Positions 8,305-16,586 of a DNA stretch of 64,000 bases are shown here, piece by piece; positions within the stretch are counted from its first letter, which is position 1; each line of letters begins with the position of its first letter. The stretch lies in the IMG/VR virus record IMGVR_UViG_3300033153_013649, positions 95,838 to 159,837 of that record; one strand, given 5' to 3'. The DNA comes from a virus. Made by a program: the position numbers and the translations under genes. The notes beneath the pieces are model-generated. The model saw only the letters and a list, made by a program, of their open reading frames with translations. It made no database searches and was not told the origin of the DNA.

Positions 8305-8760
8305 ATGATAGTATATGCAGAACCAAAAACAAATCAAGTTCAGCCAAAATTTTCTTTAATTGATAAACAACGAGAATTTTATAATAAAAGAATCTTAACT
8401 AATAAAGGATATCCAGCATTAAAAGAAGATATTAAAAAAAATGGAATAGTTCATCCTTTAATTGGTAATAGTTGGAAGGGTTTTCCTTATACTGTTAAAA
8501 TTGGTTTAAGACGATTTTGGGCAGCAAGAGAACTAGGTATAGAAAGAATTCCGATATTAATATATGATTTACCGATATATACTTGGATTCCCGAATTTAA
8601 AGTTAATTGTGAATATAAATATAGATTAAAAAATATGGAAGATATATATGAATTATTCAAAGCTGTTGGAAAAAATTATCCAAAAGAAGATTTAATACCG
8701 GCCGGACAAAAATATTTTGTAAATTTATACGGTCAACATGGAATGAATATATTTAGATGA
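8305..8760 (+). CDS. ParB/Srx-like domain protein (MIVYAEP family)
   Basis: Close paralog of 4012..4497 (GIVHPLIGNS, RIPILIYDLPI, NCEYKY). Confidence 0.75.
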   Translation: MIVYAEPKTNQVQPKFSLIDKQREFYNKRILTNKGYPALKEDIKKNGIVHPLIGNSWKGFPYTVKIGLRRFWAARELGIERIPILIYDLPIYTWIPEFKVNCEYKYRLKNMEDIYELFKAVGKNYPKEDLIPAGQKYFVNLYGQHGMNIFR

Positions 8761-8770
8761 AAATAAAAAA

Positions 8771-8844
8771 AACCTTGGTCCAATTGGAAAAGACAGCAGA
8801 TTAAAACTCTGTAAGTTATAGAGGTTCAAATCTCTTCAAAGATA
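8771..8844 (+). pseudogene. Decayed tRNA-like sequence
   Basis: GTC-CAATTGGAAAA-GAC D-arm, GCAGA/TCTGT stem and GGTTCAAATC present; acceptor stem mismatched. Confidence 0.45.
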
Positions 8845-8859
8845 CTAAACTAATAAAAT

Positions 8860-8933
8860 ACTCCTGTACCAGAATTGGGATATGGGCTGGATTTAGATTC
8901 CAGAGTTTATGGGTTCGATTCCCATCAGGAGTA
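8860..8933 (+). tRNA. tRNA with TAG (Leu) anticodon but short variable loop
   Basis: ACTCCTG/CAGGAGT; CTGGA-TTTAGAT-TCCAG; 5-nt variable loop AGTTT. Confidence 0.8.
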
Positions 8934-8959
8934 CTCCTATAAAAAGAAAGGAAAAGGAT

Positions 8960-9565
8960 ATCATAAAAGATTATTTTTTAATCGGTCATCCGAGGTCTGG
9001 AAACGGTTTAATTAGAAATACTTTACAAGAAAATTTTCCAGAATTAAACTTTGTTCATTTTTCTCATTTAATTTTTACGCCAAGAAAAGATTTGAAATAT
9101 GTTTTTATTCAAAGACAGTTTGAATCTGTTTTGAATTCAATGTATAATATGTGGATTAATGATTTTCCTAAGAAATATATGAGCTTAGATGATTTTAGAA
9201 ATATTAAATATTCTAAACTTCCTTTTGATCCAAAAGTGCAAAGAAAAGCTAAATATAATGATAAAGGAAACAAAGTAGAAATAAGAAATTCTCAATTTGG
9301 CTGGCAATGGCTAATAAGAATAAACAGAACCCCTCGAGAATGGTATGATTATTATAATAATTATTGGCATCAACAAATCAATATGAATACTTCATTTATT
9401 CATCCAGTATTATATGAACAATTAATAGATCCAAAACTATTCCGTGAAATCATGGATAAGCTTTCAATATTTTTAATACATAAAACAAAAAGTACGTATG
9501 CTTGGTCGCAAATTACAGATAAAAGAATTGGAATATATCCGATAAATTATTCAGATAAAATTTAA
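8960..9565 (+). CDS. Sulfotransferase-like protein (no ATG outside the tRNA; probable ATC/ATA start)
   Basis: GHPRSGN resembles the 5'-PAPS loop; R......SMY 3'-phosphate-binding motif; V.YEQL. Confidence 0.6.
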   Translation: MIKDYFLIGHPRSGNGLIRNTLQENFPELNFVHFSHLIFTPRKDLKYVFIQRQFESVLNSMYNMWINDFPKKYMSLDDFRNIKYSKLPFDPKVQRKAKYNDKGNKVEIRNSQFGWQWLIRINRTPREWYDYYNNYWHQQINMNTSFIHPVLYEQLIDPKLFREIMDKLSIFLIHKTKSTYAWSQITDKRIGIYPINYSDKI

Positions 9566-9581
9566 ATTTTGTAAAAAGTTA

Positions 9582-9610
9582 TTGACAAATTCGATTTTAT
9601 TTAGTATATT
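9582..9610 (+). promoter_or_regulatory. Early promoter upstream of the RNase P S-domain-like RNA
   Basis: TTGACA-N17-TATATT with TTTAG. Confidence 0.8.
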
Positions 9611-9631
9611 ATAAATGAAAGGAACTTTAAA

Positions 9632-9810
9632 ACATCAAAGAATGGAGGGCTGAATTAAATCAGGCGAGGTAACTCGACGGAAGGTACAATAGAAACTATA
9701 CCGCCACGTTTGCCCACGTGGTAAGGGTGAAAAGAGAAGGCCTAAGAATCTTCTCTATTATCGGTAACGATTAATAGACGTAAACCTTCCCCCTCCCTTC
9801 TTTTTGATGT
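9632..9810 (+). ncRNA. Stand-alone RNase P RNA specificity (S) domain, type A-like, without catalytic domain
   Basis: P7-P14 recognisable in order, including ACGGAAGGTACAATAGAAA..ACCGCC, GGTAAGGGTGAAA and GTAAACC; closed by ACATCAAAGAA/TTCTTTTTGATGT. Confidence 0.8.
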
Positions 9811-9927
9811 AATTTCAAATAAGTTAAGAGAATTTGGACTAATGAATAAGAAGGCTAAAATAAATGTTATTTTTAATAGAATTTCGGGTACAAATCTCTT
9901 TAAAGATTTATATAAAAGAGAGGTAAC

Positions 9928-10299
9928 ATGAAAACATCAAAAAGATTTGGCGATTTATTTAGAGAATTACGCCTTAAAAACAGATATACACTAAGGGCAT
10001 ATTGCAGAAAGTTCAACCGTGATCCTGCTTATATTAGCAGAATTGAAAGAGGAATAACTCCCCCACCGGAAAACAGTGAAGAAATCGAAAATTATGCTAG
10101 ATCATTTAATTTAGAAGAAGGATCAAGACAGTGGATTGAATTTTATAATTTGGCTGTAGTTAGTAGAAAGAAAAAATCAGAACCCATATTATCCGAGAAA
10201 GAACTTGTTGGTAAATTACCATTATTTGTAACAACAACTAGCGGAAAGCCTCTTGATAATGATAAGTTAGATAAATTGATTGATATAATAAGAGATTAA
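9928..10299 (+). CDS. XRE-family helix-turn-helix regulator
   Basis: FGDLFRELRLK..YTLR......DPAYISRIERG..PPP. Confidence 0.85.
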   Translation: MKTSKRFGDLFRELRLKNRYTLRAYCRKFNRDPAYISRIERGITPPPENSEEIENYARSFNLEEGSRQWIEFYNLAVVSRKKKSEPILSEKELVGKLPLFVTTTSGKPLDNDKLDKLIDIIRD

Positions 10300-10307
10300 A
10301 TATTAAC

Positions 10308-10386
10308 GGGGCACAGGACTGCTAGGGGTGGTCGTCTCATTTGCGATGAGAAAAATTTCAGGTGGGTTCGAATCCCACGTGCTCCA
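10308..10386 (+). tRNA. tRNA-Ala(TGC)
   Basis: G3:U70 pair in GGGGCAC/GTGCTCC; TCTCA-TTTGCGA-TGAGA. Confidence 0.9.
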
Positions 10387-10436
10387 CAGATGGAAATTAT
10401 AGATCAGAAAAAAGAAAGAATAAAAAGGAAAAACTT

Positions 10437-10781
10437 ATGATTGAATTCAAAAATGAAATTGGGCTTTTAAAATCTATAAAAAAATCTCTGCAAGAATTTC
10501 AGGAGGAAAATAAAAGTCATGAATATTCTCATGAAAAAAAAGAAGAGAAAACGGAAAATTATTTGGATGAAATGATACTTTATGCATTTCGATATTGTCT
10601 CGGAAGGTCAAGTTATGCAGTTGGAATTTGTATCGAGTATCTTATTGATAATTGGGATAAGATCTCAAAGAAAAATAAGGCATTGATTCATAAAGAAATT
10701 AATCAAGCAATTGCTGATAATGATGCTGGTTGGGGATGTGATATTGAAGCATGGAAAAAGATCTTAAAACTTGAAAAGTAG
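10437..10781 (+). CDS. Phage hypothetical protein (start moved out of tRNA-Ala)
   Basis: AFRYCLGRSSY...CD...W motif; AAGGA RBS. Confidence 0.65.
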   Translation: MIEFKNEIGLLKSIKKSLQEFQEENKSHEYSHEKKEEKTENYLDEMILYAFRYCLGRSSYAVGICIEYLIDNWDKISKKNKALIHKEINQAIADNDAGWGCDIEAWKKILKLEK

Positions 10782-10871
10782 GAATCATATTTTAGATTCT
10801 AGATTGAAATTCTGGGAATTAGAGATAAGATTCAATTCGGTGGTATTACTAAAGAGAAAAAGGATTATATT

Positions 10872-11189
10872 ATGCTACCAAAATTAAAAAAAATCGATTT
10901 ATCGAAAAGATACCATGGCCCAAAAGATGTTAAGATTGGATGTGGAAAGCGACATGATGATATAAAGCCGAGTATTTTTACTCAATATTTAGCTAAAATT
11001 AATGGGTTTTGGCACGTTGTAAACTTTTCTGAACAATGGCATGGATTGATAGCTAAGGAGAATAATGATCGGCGGTTTGATTTAGATTCGGGGCGGCGGT
11101 TTGATTTAGATTCGGGGCAGAAAAACGATGGATCTGATTGGGAAGAATTATATGAAATTATAGATCAGAAAGGAGAAGAAAATGACTAG
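10872..11189 (+). CDS. Hypothetical protein with an internal 8-aa duplication
   Basis: RRFDLDSG twice. Confidence 0.6.
   Translation: MLPKLKKIDLSKRYHGPKDVKIGCGKRHDDIKPSIFTQYLAKINGFWHVVNFSEQWHGLIAKENNDRRFDLDSGRRFDLDSGQKNDGSDWEELYEIIDQKGEEND
11070..11117 (+). repeat. Perfect 24-bp tandem duplication
   Basis: CGGCGGTTTGATTTAGATTCGGGG twice. Confidence 0.95.
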
Positions 11190-11297
11190 TCCTTATGCAA
11201 AGAAACATTATCCGAAAAAGAAAAAACTTGGAAGAAAAAGTTTTAGGTATCTTCAATTACACGGAGAAAAAGCAAAGAAAAAATAATAAAAGAAATA

Positions 11298-11546
11298 TTG
11301 AAGAAGTTATCATTTTTTGAAATATTTATAACTTTTATTTTAGTATTTATATTTATTAAATTGGATACTTATAATTTCTATAAGGAATATTATGAAAAAT
11401 ATAAGAAAAGAAAAGATGTTGAACAAATTGAAGAAAAGCTGGAATTAAAGGTTTATGAATTTTATGATATATCTGTTGATATGGATTTAAGAGTTACCTT
11501 TTTAGGTGATTCTTTACTTGCAATTGATACTTTGAAAATTTATTAG
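11298..11546 (+). CDS. Small protein with N-terminal membrane anchor
   Basis: FFEIFITFILVFIFI. Confidence 0.55.
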   Translation: MKKLSFFEIFITFILVFIFIKLDTYNFYKEYYEKYKKRKDVEQIEEKLELKVYEFYDISVDMDLRVTFLGDSLLAIDTLKIY

Positions 11547-11559
11547 AATAAGAAATTTT

Positions 11560-11635
11560 GCGGGATAGGCTGAAAAGGATTAGGCGCCTGGCTTCCAACC
11601 AGGAATATTAATCGGTTCGATTCCGATATCCCGCT
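11560..11635 (+). tRNA. tRNA-Gly(TCC)
   Basis: GCGGGAT/ATCCCGC; CCTGG-CTTCCAA-CCAGG. Confidence 0.9.
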
Positions 11636-11654
11636 CTAAAATAATTATATAAAA

Positions 11655-12266
11655 ATGGAGATAATAAATAAAAGAGTACTTTTGATAAATATTTCTTATG
11701 AACCAATTACTGTAATTAATGTAGCAAGATCGATTCTTCTTATTTATAAAGGAAAAGCTCAAATAATTGAACATGAAGAAGAAATCAAACTTAGATCTAG
11801 TGGAAGATTTAATCCAAAAACAAATAAAAGAGAAAATTGGGAAATCAACTGTCCTACAGTTTTAAGATTAAAGAAATATGTTAAAGTTCCGAGAAGAAAT
11901 TTATTACCAGTTAAAAGTAATATTTGCCAAAGAGACAGATATATCTGTCAATATTGTGGGATTGAACTCAATTTTATAGATCTTACTTTAGATCATGTTA
12001 TTCCTTATAGTAAAGGAGGGAAAAGTACTTGGGAAAATTTAGTTGCTTCTTGTAGTAGATGTAATAATAAAAAAGGGGATAGAACTCCAAAACAAGCGGG
12101 AATGAAATTACTTTCTAAACCGAAAAAACCCCATGCGTTTCAAACTTTGAGATTTTATATCAAGACAATTAGAAGTCCCTGGAAACCATATTTATTTATG
12201 GAATCCTTTCCTGTTGAAAACACAGTATCTCAAGAAGATATTGCTATTGTAGAACGTTCTTTATAA
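11655..12266 (+). CDS. HNH endonuclease (McrA-like)
   Basis: RD..CQYCG...LTLDHVIP.SKGG..TWENLV.SC..CN..KG. Confidence 0.9.
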   Translation: MEIINKRVLLINISYEPITVINVARSILLIYKGKAQIIEHEEEIKLRSSGRFNPKTNKRENWEINCPTVLRLKKYVKVPRRNLLPVKSNICQRDRYICQYCGIELNFIDLTLDHVIPYSKGGKSTWENLVASCSRCNNKKGDRTPKQAGMKLLSKPKKPHAFQTLRFYIKTIRSPWKPYLFMESFPVENTVSQEDIAIVERSL

Positions 12267-12362
12267 GAGGGGTGGTGGAGTCTGGATTAATCACACTGGT
12301 CTTGAAAACCAGTAAATGTTGTAAAAGCATCATTTCGTGGGTTCAAATCCCACCCCCCTCTG
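12266..12362 (+). tRNA. tRNA-Ser(TGA)
   Basis: CTGGT-CTTGAAA-ACCAG; long variable arm. Confidence 0.85.
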
Positions 12363-12374
12363 CAAAATTAATCT

Positions 12375-12382
12375 TATAAATA
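12375..12382 (+). promoter_or_regulatory. T4-type late promoter TATAAATA (further intergenic copies at 24017, 26558, 40061, 51547, 57304)
   Basis: Exact gp55 consensus just upstream of gene starts; the AT-rich background lowers specificity. Confidence 0.55.
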
Positions 12383-12387
12383 GTTTT

Positions 12388-13005
12388 ATGAATGTTGAAA
12401 TAGTTGAAAAGAAAATAGACAAAAACAATTTAAGAAAAAATTGGGCAATTTGTTCATTCTATACCCCTGAATATTCAAAAGTAATATTAAATCTTATTGA
12501 TTCTATTCAAAATTTAAATTTAAATTACATAATTCATCAAGTTAGATTATCCAATAATTGGACAGCTAATACTCATTATAAACCCTTCTTTCTATTAGAT
12601 GTATTAAACGAACATCCAGAGTTGAAAGCAGTTGTTTGGGTAGATGCAGATGCAGTAATTATTCGGTATCCAAAACTTTTTGATAATTTAGAATGTGATT
12701 TTGCAGCTCATATTCATAAAACAAAGAATCAATTACTTTCTGGAACTCTATTTTTCAAAAACAACAATTCTGCTAAAACTCTTTTACGAATGTGGATAAA
12801 AGAATCGAGTAACAGACGAGGCCAATGGGATCAAAAAATATTACAAGAGACTAAAAATCAATGGAAAGGAAATTTCTATAATCTTCCCCCTCAATATTGT
12901 TTAGTTTTTGATAATATGAAACAATGGGGACCTCCGGTTATAGAACATTATCAATTTTCTAGAAAAATACGAAGAAAAGAAGTTACGATAAGGTCAGGAA
13001 TTTGA
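12388..13005 (+). CDS. GT-A fold glycosyltransferase (nucleotide-diphospho-sugar transferase-like)
   Basis: KP.FLL...VVWVDADA (DxD); SGTLFF; WDQ; LP..Y...FD; IEHYQ. Confidence 0.8.
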   Translation: MNVEIVEKKIDKNNLRKNWAICSFYTPEYSKVILNLIDSIQNLNLNYIIHQVRLSNNWTANTHYKPFFLLDVLNEHPELKAVVWVDADAVIIRYPKLFDNLECDFAAHIHKTKNQLLSGTLFFKNNNSAKTLLRMWIKESSNRRGQWDQKILQETKNQWKGNFYNLPPQYCLVFDNMKQWGPPVIEHYQFSRKIRRKEVTIRSGI

Positions 13006-13703
13006 TACTTGAAAATTTAAAAGACGGAGCTTGGAAAGGACATCGAGCATTTATTATTGGAGGGGGTCCTTCTTTAAAAGGATTCGATTGGAAATTACTT
13101 CGAAGGGAAAAGACAATTGGCGTTAATAAAGCAATATTGAAAATCTTTCCTGATATTATGATAGGAATGGATTATCGGTTTTGGAATAAGCTTTTATCCG
13201 GTGATTTAGGTGATGTTATTCTTAGAAGAGTTAAAAGAATGAAAGGCTTAAAAATATATTTTCGAACCGGTAAATCTTTAGCTAATAAATTTTCATGGGC
13301 AAATTTAATCGAAATTGTTCCTAATCAAAACAATAAAAATGCTTTTACTACTTCTTTTAGTAAAGGATTAGGACATGGAAAAAATTCAGGATTTACTGCT
13401 TTAAATGTTGCAGTTAATCTTCGAGCAAATCCAATTTATTTACTTGGTTTTGATATGAAAGGACATCCATCTACTAAAAAACAAGTTTGGTGGCACGAAG
13501 GATATCCATTTTCAGTAAATGATGAAAGTATATACAGACAATATATAAGAAATTTTGAAGTTCATGCTTTACCTGTAATAAATAAATTGGATTTGAAAGT
13601 TATAAATCTAAATCCAGCAAGTGAATTAAAATGTTTTGAATTTGCTAAACCGGAGGATATATTTGAAAATAATGAGATTCTTGAAGATGAATCCCTCTTA
13701 TAA
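13002..13703 (+). CDS. DUF115/MptE-like (Maf-type) putative transferase, paralog 1
   Basis: AFIIGGGPSL..IGVN..D...NSG..AL......IYLLGFDM. Confidence 0.7.
   Translation: MILENLKDGAWKGHRAFIIGGGPSLKGFDWKLLRREKTIGVNKAILKIFPDIMIGMDYRFWNKLLSGDLGDVILRRVKRMKGLKIYFRTGKSLANKFSWANLIEIVPNQNNKNAFTTSFSKGLGHGKNSGFTALNVAVNLRANPIYLLGFDMKGHPSTKKQVWWHEGYPFSVNDESIYRQYIRNFEVHALPVINKLDLKVINLNPASELKCFEFAKPEDIFENNEILEDESLL
13031..13104 (+). repeat. 74-bp direct repeat, identical copy at 14661-14734
   Basis: TTGGAAAGGACATCGAGCA...GAAATTACTTCGAA in both DUF115-like paralogs. Confidence 0.9.
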
Positions 13704-14574
13704 GAAATTTATCTATTGTATAGTTAGTTGGCTGATACTTATATTAATAATGGCTACTGTTAAATTTAAAATCGATGAGATTTCCCTTAGATATAAAATA
13801 GAAACGCTTCAGGCTGAATATGAAGTAAAAAGCCAAGGATATGATGTTTTGAAAGCGCAGTATACTGCTGCGGCGAATGACTATCTCGCCGATCGGAAAA
13901 TAGGGAGAGTCGTTCGCTCTGTTAATCCATGGCTAGACGATGAGCACGTTCAACTTTGGATCAAGATGCTTAAAGAAAGTGGAGACGGTATTCTTGCTGG
14001 TTTAAACAATTTTTCATTGAAGAAATTAGGCACCGGAGATTCGCTGTATTCTCTAAGACCAGGAATAGCTTTGCTCATTTCTGTTGGCGCATTCGAAAGT
14101 GATTTTAGGTTGTTTTCTGATAGTGGTAAGGGAGCATACGGTCCTATGCAGTTGAAAAAAATAACAGCTGTTCAGGTTGGCATCAAGGACCGTCAAGATC
14201 CAGAGGAAAATATAAGAGGTGGAGCATTACATCTTGTTTCATTATTACAAAAATACTACCAGTATCCAGATCAGCTCGAATTGGCGCTTGCCACTTACAA
14301 TGCGGGCGCCTCGCGTGTAAAAGGAAGATGGATTCCGGAATGGGGCGCCGAATGGCATGCAATATATTCCGGACTTTCTGCGGACATGACATTCAAGGAG
14401 ACGCGCACTTATGTTACGGCGGTGATGGAGCTAACCCGGCTCTTTGCCTCCGGTAGATGGAACTCCCTGGATCAGAACTTCTGGAGCAACTACCGGCAGT
14501 TTATTTTCCGCGCCGATTATGTCACTGTTTTCGACGAAGAAAAGATGCAGATTACGGAACAGGATGATTCATAA
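13687..14574 (+). CDS. Membrane-anchored lytic transglycosylase (SLT domain)
   Basis: N-terminal TM helix; FESDF, GAYGPMQL, ENIRGG, LALATYNAG, ETRTYV; visibly higher GC than neighbours. Confidence 0.85.
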   Translation: MNPSYKKFIYCIVSWLILILIMATVKFKIDEISLRYKIETLQAEYEVKSQGYDVLKAQYTAAANDYLADRKIGRVVRSVNPWLDDEHVQLWIKMLKESGDGILAGLNNFSLKKLGTGDSLYSLRPGIALLISVGAFESDFRLFSDSGKGAYGPMQLKKITAVQVGIKDRQDPEENIRGGALHLVSLLQKYYQYPDQLELALATYNAGASRVKGRWIPEWGAEWHAIYSGLSADMTFKETRTYVTAVMELTRLFASGRWNSLDQNFWSNYRQFIFRADYVTVFDEEKMQITEQDDS

Positions 14575-14622
14575 TATTGTAGTAGATAGTCTGAATAATT
14601 CGAACGATAAAACATTTTAAAT

Positions 14623-15291
14623 TTGAGGATATATTTGGGAATAAAAATAAAAGATAATATTTGGAAAGGACATCGAGCATTTATTATTGGAGGGGGTCCT
14701 TCTTTAAAAGGATTCGATTGGAAATTACTTCGAAATGAGAAAACAATCGGAATCAATAAAGCAATTATAGCTTTTGAACCAGATGTTCTTTTTTCAATGG
14801 ATAAATTATTTTGGAGTGTTGTATATCCAAACTTAGGAATTATTCCTAGATGTACTAAAATTTATTTAGATGGGAATATAATACCAAAATGTTCTCCTAA
14901 AATTACAAAATTAGGGATCATAAAATATCTAAGATATAAGGAAAGTCCTAAATTTTCGAAATCACTGAAAGATGGATTATCTAGTGAAGTTGATTCAGGA
15001 TATGCGGCTTTAAATTTAGCTCTTTTACTTGGTGCAGATCCGATTTATTTGCTCGGATATGATATGAAATTAAATAAAAATTCTGAACAAATATGGTGGC
15101 ATGATGGATATAAAAAATATTTTTTAAAGAACGCTATAGAAAATTATAAAAAAAGAATCTTTGCTTATGAGAAATATGCTAAACCGATAATAGATGATTA
15201 TTTTAAAGTTAAAGTTATTAATTTAAATATAAATAGTAATATAAAATGTTTTCCGTTTGCAAAAAGAGAGGAAATCTTTGAAAAGAGTTGA
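14623..15291 (+). CDS. DUF115/MptE-like putative transferase, paralog 2
   Basis: Same motifs as 13002..13703. Confidence 0.7.
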   Translation: MRIYLGIKIKDNIWKGHRAFIIGGGPSLKGFDWKLLRNEKTIGINKAIIAFEPDVLFSMDKLFWSVVYPNLGIIPRCTKIYLDGNIIPKCSPKITKLGIIKYLRYKESPKFSKSLKDGLSSEVDSGYAALNLALLLGADPIYLLGYDMKLNKNSEQIWWHDGYKKYFLKNAIENYKKRIFAYEKYAKPIIDDYFKVKVINLNINSNIKCFPFAKREEIFEKS

Positions 15292-15892
15292 TATAGTAAT
15301 ACCGAGTAAAAACAGGAGAGAAAAATTAGGAGTAGCAATTGAATCAATCGGAAAGGCTAAAGCCGACGATTACGATCTTCGAACAATTATTATTCAAAGA
15401 AAAGACATGAGATCTTTTGCTTGTTGGAATCTATATTGTCAAACTATGCAAGCAGATGCAGTTTTATTTTCTACAGACGATGTTGAATTTTTACCTAATG
15501 GAATAGAAATAGGATTTAAGAAATTTTTTGAAATATTTCCAGATACAGATGGAATATTAGGATTTCATCAAGCAAATATTGGATTTTCGAATGAGGGGCA
15601 TAAATATGCCTTTGGAATGATGGGAAAAAAGTTTTTAACTAGATTTCCAAATAAAAATCCTTTTTGTCCTGATTATATAGTATTTTGTGCAGAAACTGAA
15701 TTATGTAGATATGCTAATTCTATCGGTAAATATTATTTTGAAGAAAAAGCTAAGTTAAATCATTATCATCCTTCTCATGGAGGTACATGGGATGAGACAG
15801 GAAGAAAATACAGAGATCCAAAATTAACATCTATTGATCATAGAAATTCTGCTTTGAGAAAACAGAAAGGATTCCTTTGGGGAAAGAATTAA
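15278..15892 (+). CDS. Glycosyltransferase family 2-like protein
   Basis: VDIVIPSKNR...L...I.SI; FSTDDV; HYHP. Confidence 0.7.
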   Translation: MKRVDIVIPSKNRREKLGVAIESIGKAKADDYDLRTIIIQRKDMRSFACWNLYCQTMQADAVLFSTDDVEFLPNGIEIGFKKFFEIFPDTDGILGFHQANIGFSNEGHKYAFGMMGKKFLTRFPNKNPFCPDYIVFCAETELCRYANSIGKYYFEEKAKLNHYHPSHGGTWDETGRKYRDPKLTSIDHRNSALRKQKGFLWGKN

Positions 15893-15971
15893 GCGCCTGT
15901 ATACCCTCTCGCTACGAACGAGTAGAAAGGTTAACTAGGATTCCATATCGGTTCGATTCCGATCAGGCGTT
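15893..15971 (+). tRNA. Rearranged tRNA-like RNA with ACG (Arg) anticodon and no D-arm in the normal position
   Basis: GCGCCTG/CAGGCGT acceptor; CTCG-CTACGAA-CGAG only 8 nt after the acceptor; perfect T-arm ATCGG-TTCGATT-CCGAT. Confidence 0.7.
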
Positions 15972-15980
15972 CAAAATATT

Positions 15981-16175
15981 ATGGTAGAAAATCATTCTTG
16001 TGCAATGTGTTGTCATTTTGTTTTGCAAATGGCGTGGTCGTCTCGTTGCCAAATAATATCTAAGGAAGAAAAAGAAAGAGAAAAAATGATTTCTTATAGT
16101 ATAAGATCTCGTGAGAAAAACAGTTGTAGAAATTTTTGCTATAATCCTGGATGGTATTTGACTGAAAATTATTAA
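15981..16175 (+). CDS. Small Cys-rich protein
   Basis: CAMCCH..C..C pattern. Confidence 0.5.
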   Translation: MVENHSCAMCCHFVLQMAWSSRCQIISKEEKEREKMISYSIRSREKNSCRNFCYNPGWYLTENY

Positions 16176-16182
16176 AAAATTG

Positions 16183-16211
16183 TTGACAAACGTCTTTTAA
16201 TTTAGTATATT
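16183..16211 (+). promoter_or_regulatory. Early promoter
   Basis: TTGACA-N17-TATATT with TTTAG. Confidence 0.8.
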
Positions 16212-16586
16212 ATAATAAAAAGGAGAGGAATTGATTATGAATAATAATATGAAAATAGCTACTTATGTTAAACTCCGGGTTTCACTTTTTGGATTTTTTA
16301 GTGGAATATTAGTTATCATGTTTATTCTTTTGGTTTTTGCAAAATTAAAATCTTGTTTTAAAATTAAATAAAATTTTAAAAGGAAGGATTTAAACTATGA
16401 AAGAACGTTCTGATATTTCAAATAAGATTTTAGATAATCATTATCGTCTACTTTCTCTCGAAAAGAGAATTGATATTCTTGAAAAGGAACTTAAGGTTTT
16501 AAAGGAATCTGCGCCTACTAAAACAAATTTAGTAAATCCTATTAATCCTAACGACGGAATCTTATAAATATAACGCAAAATAAAAA

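Noticed and set aside
9632-9810. Complete RNase P RNA (rnpB)
   Set aside because: Catalytic-domain motifs (both P4 strands, P15 region) are absent and the element is closed by its own terminal helix
10782-10833. Long AT-rich hairpin after ORF 10437
   Set aside because: Imperfect and low in complexity; plausible by chance or a simple terminator or processing stem
8909-12387. ORF-track starts at 8909, 10362 and 12337 (MGSIP/MGSNP)
   Set aside because: These starts fall inside tRNA T-arms (GGTTCGA/GGTTCAA); real starts lie downstream
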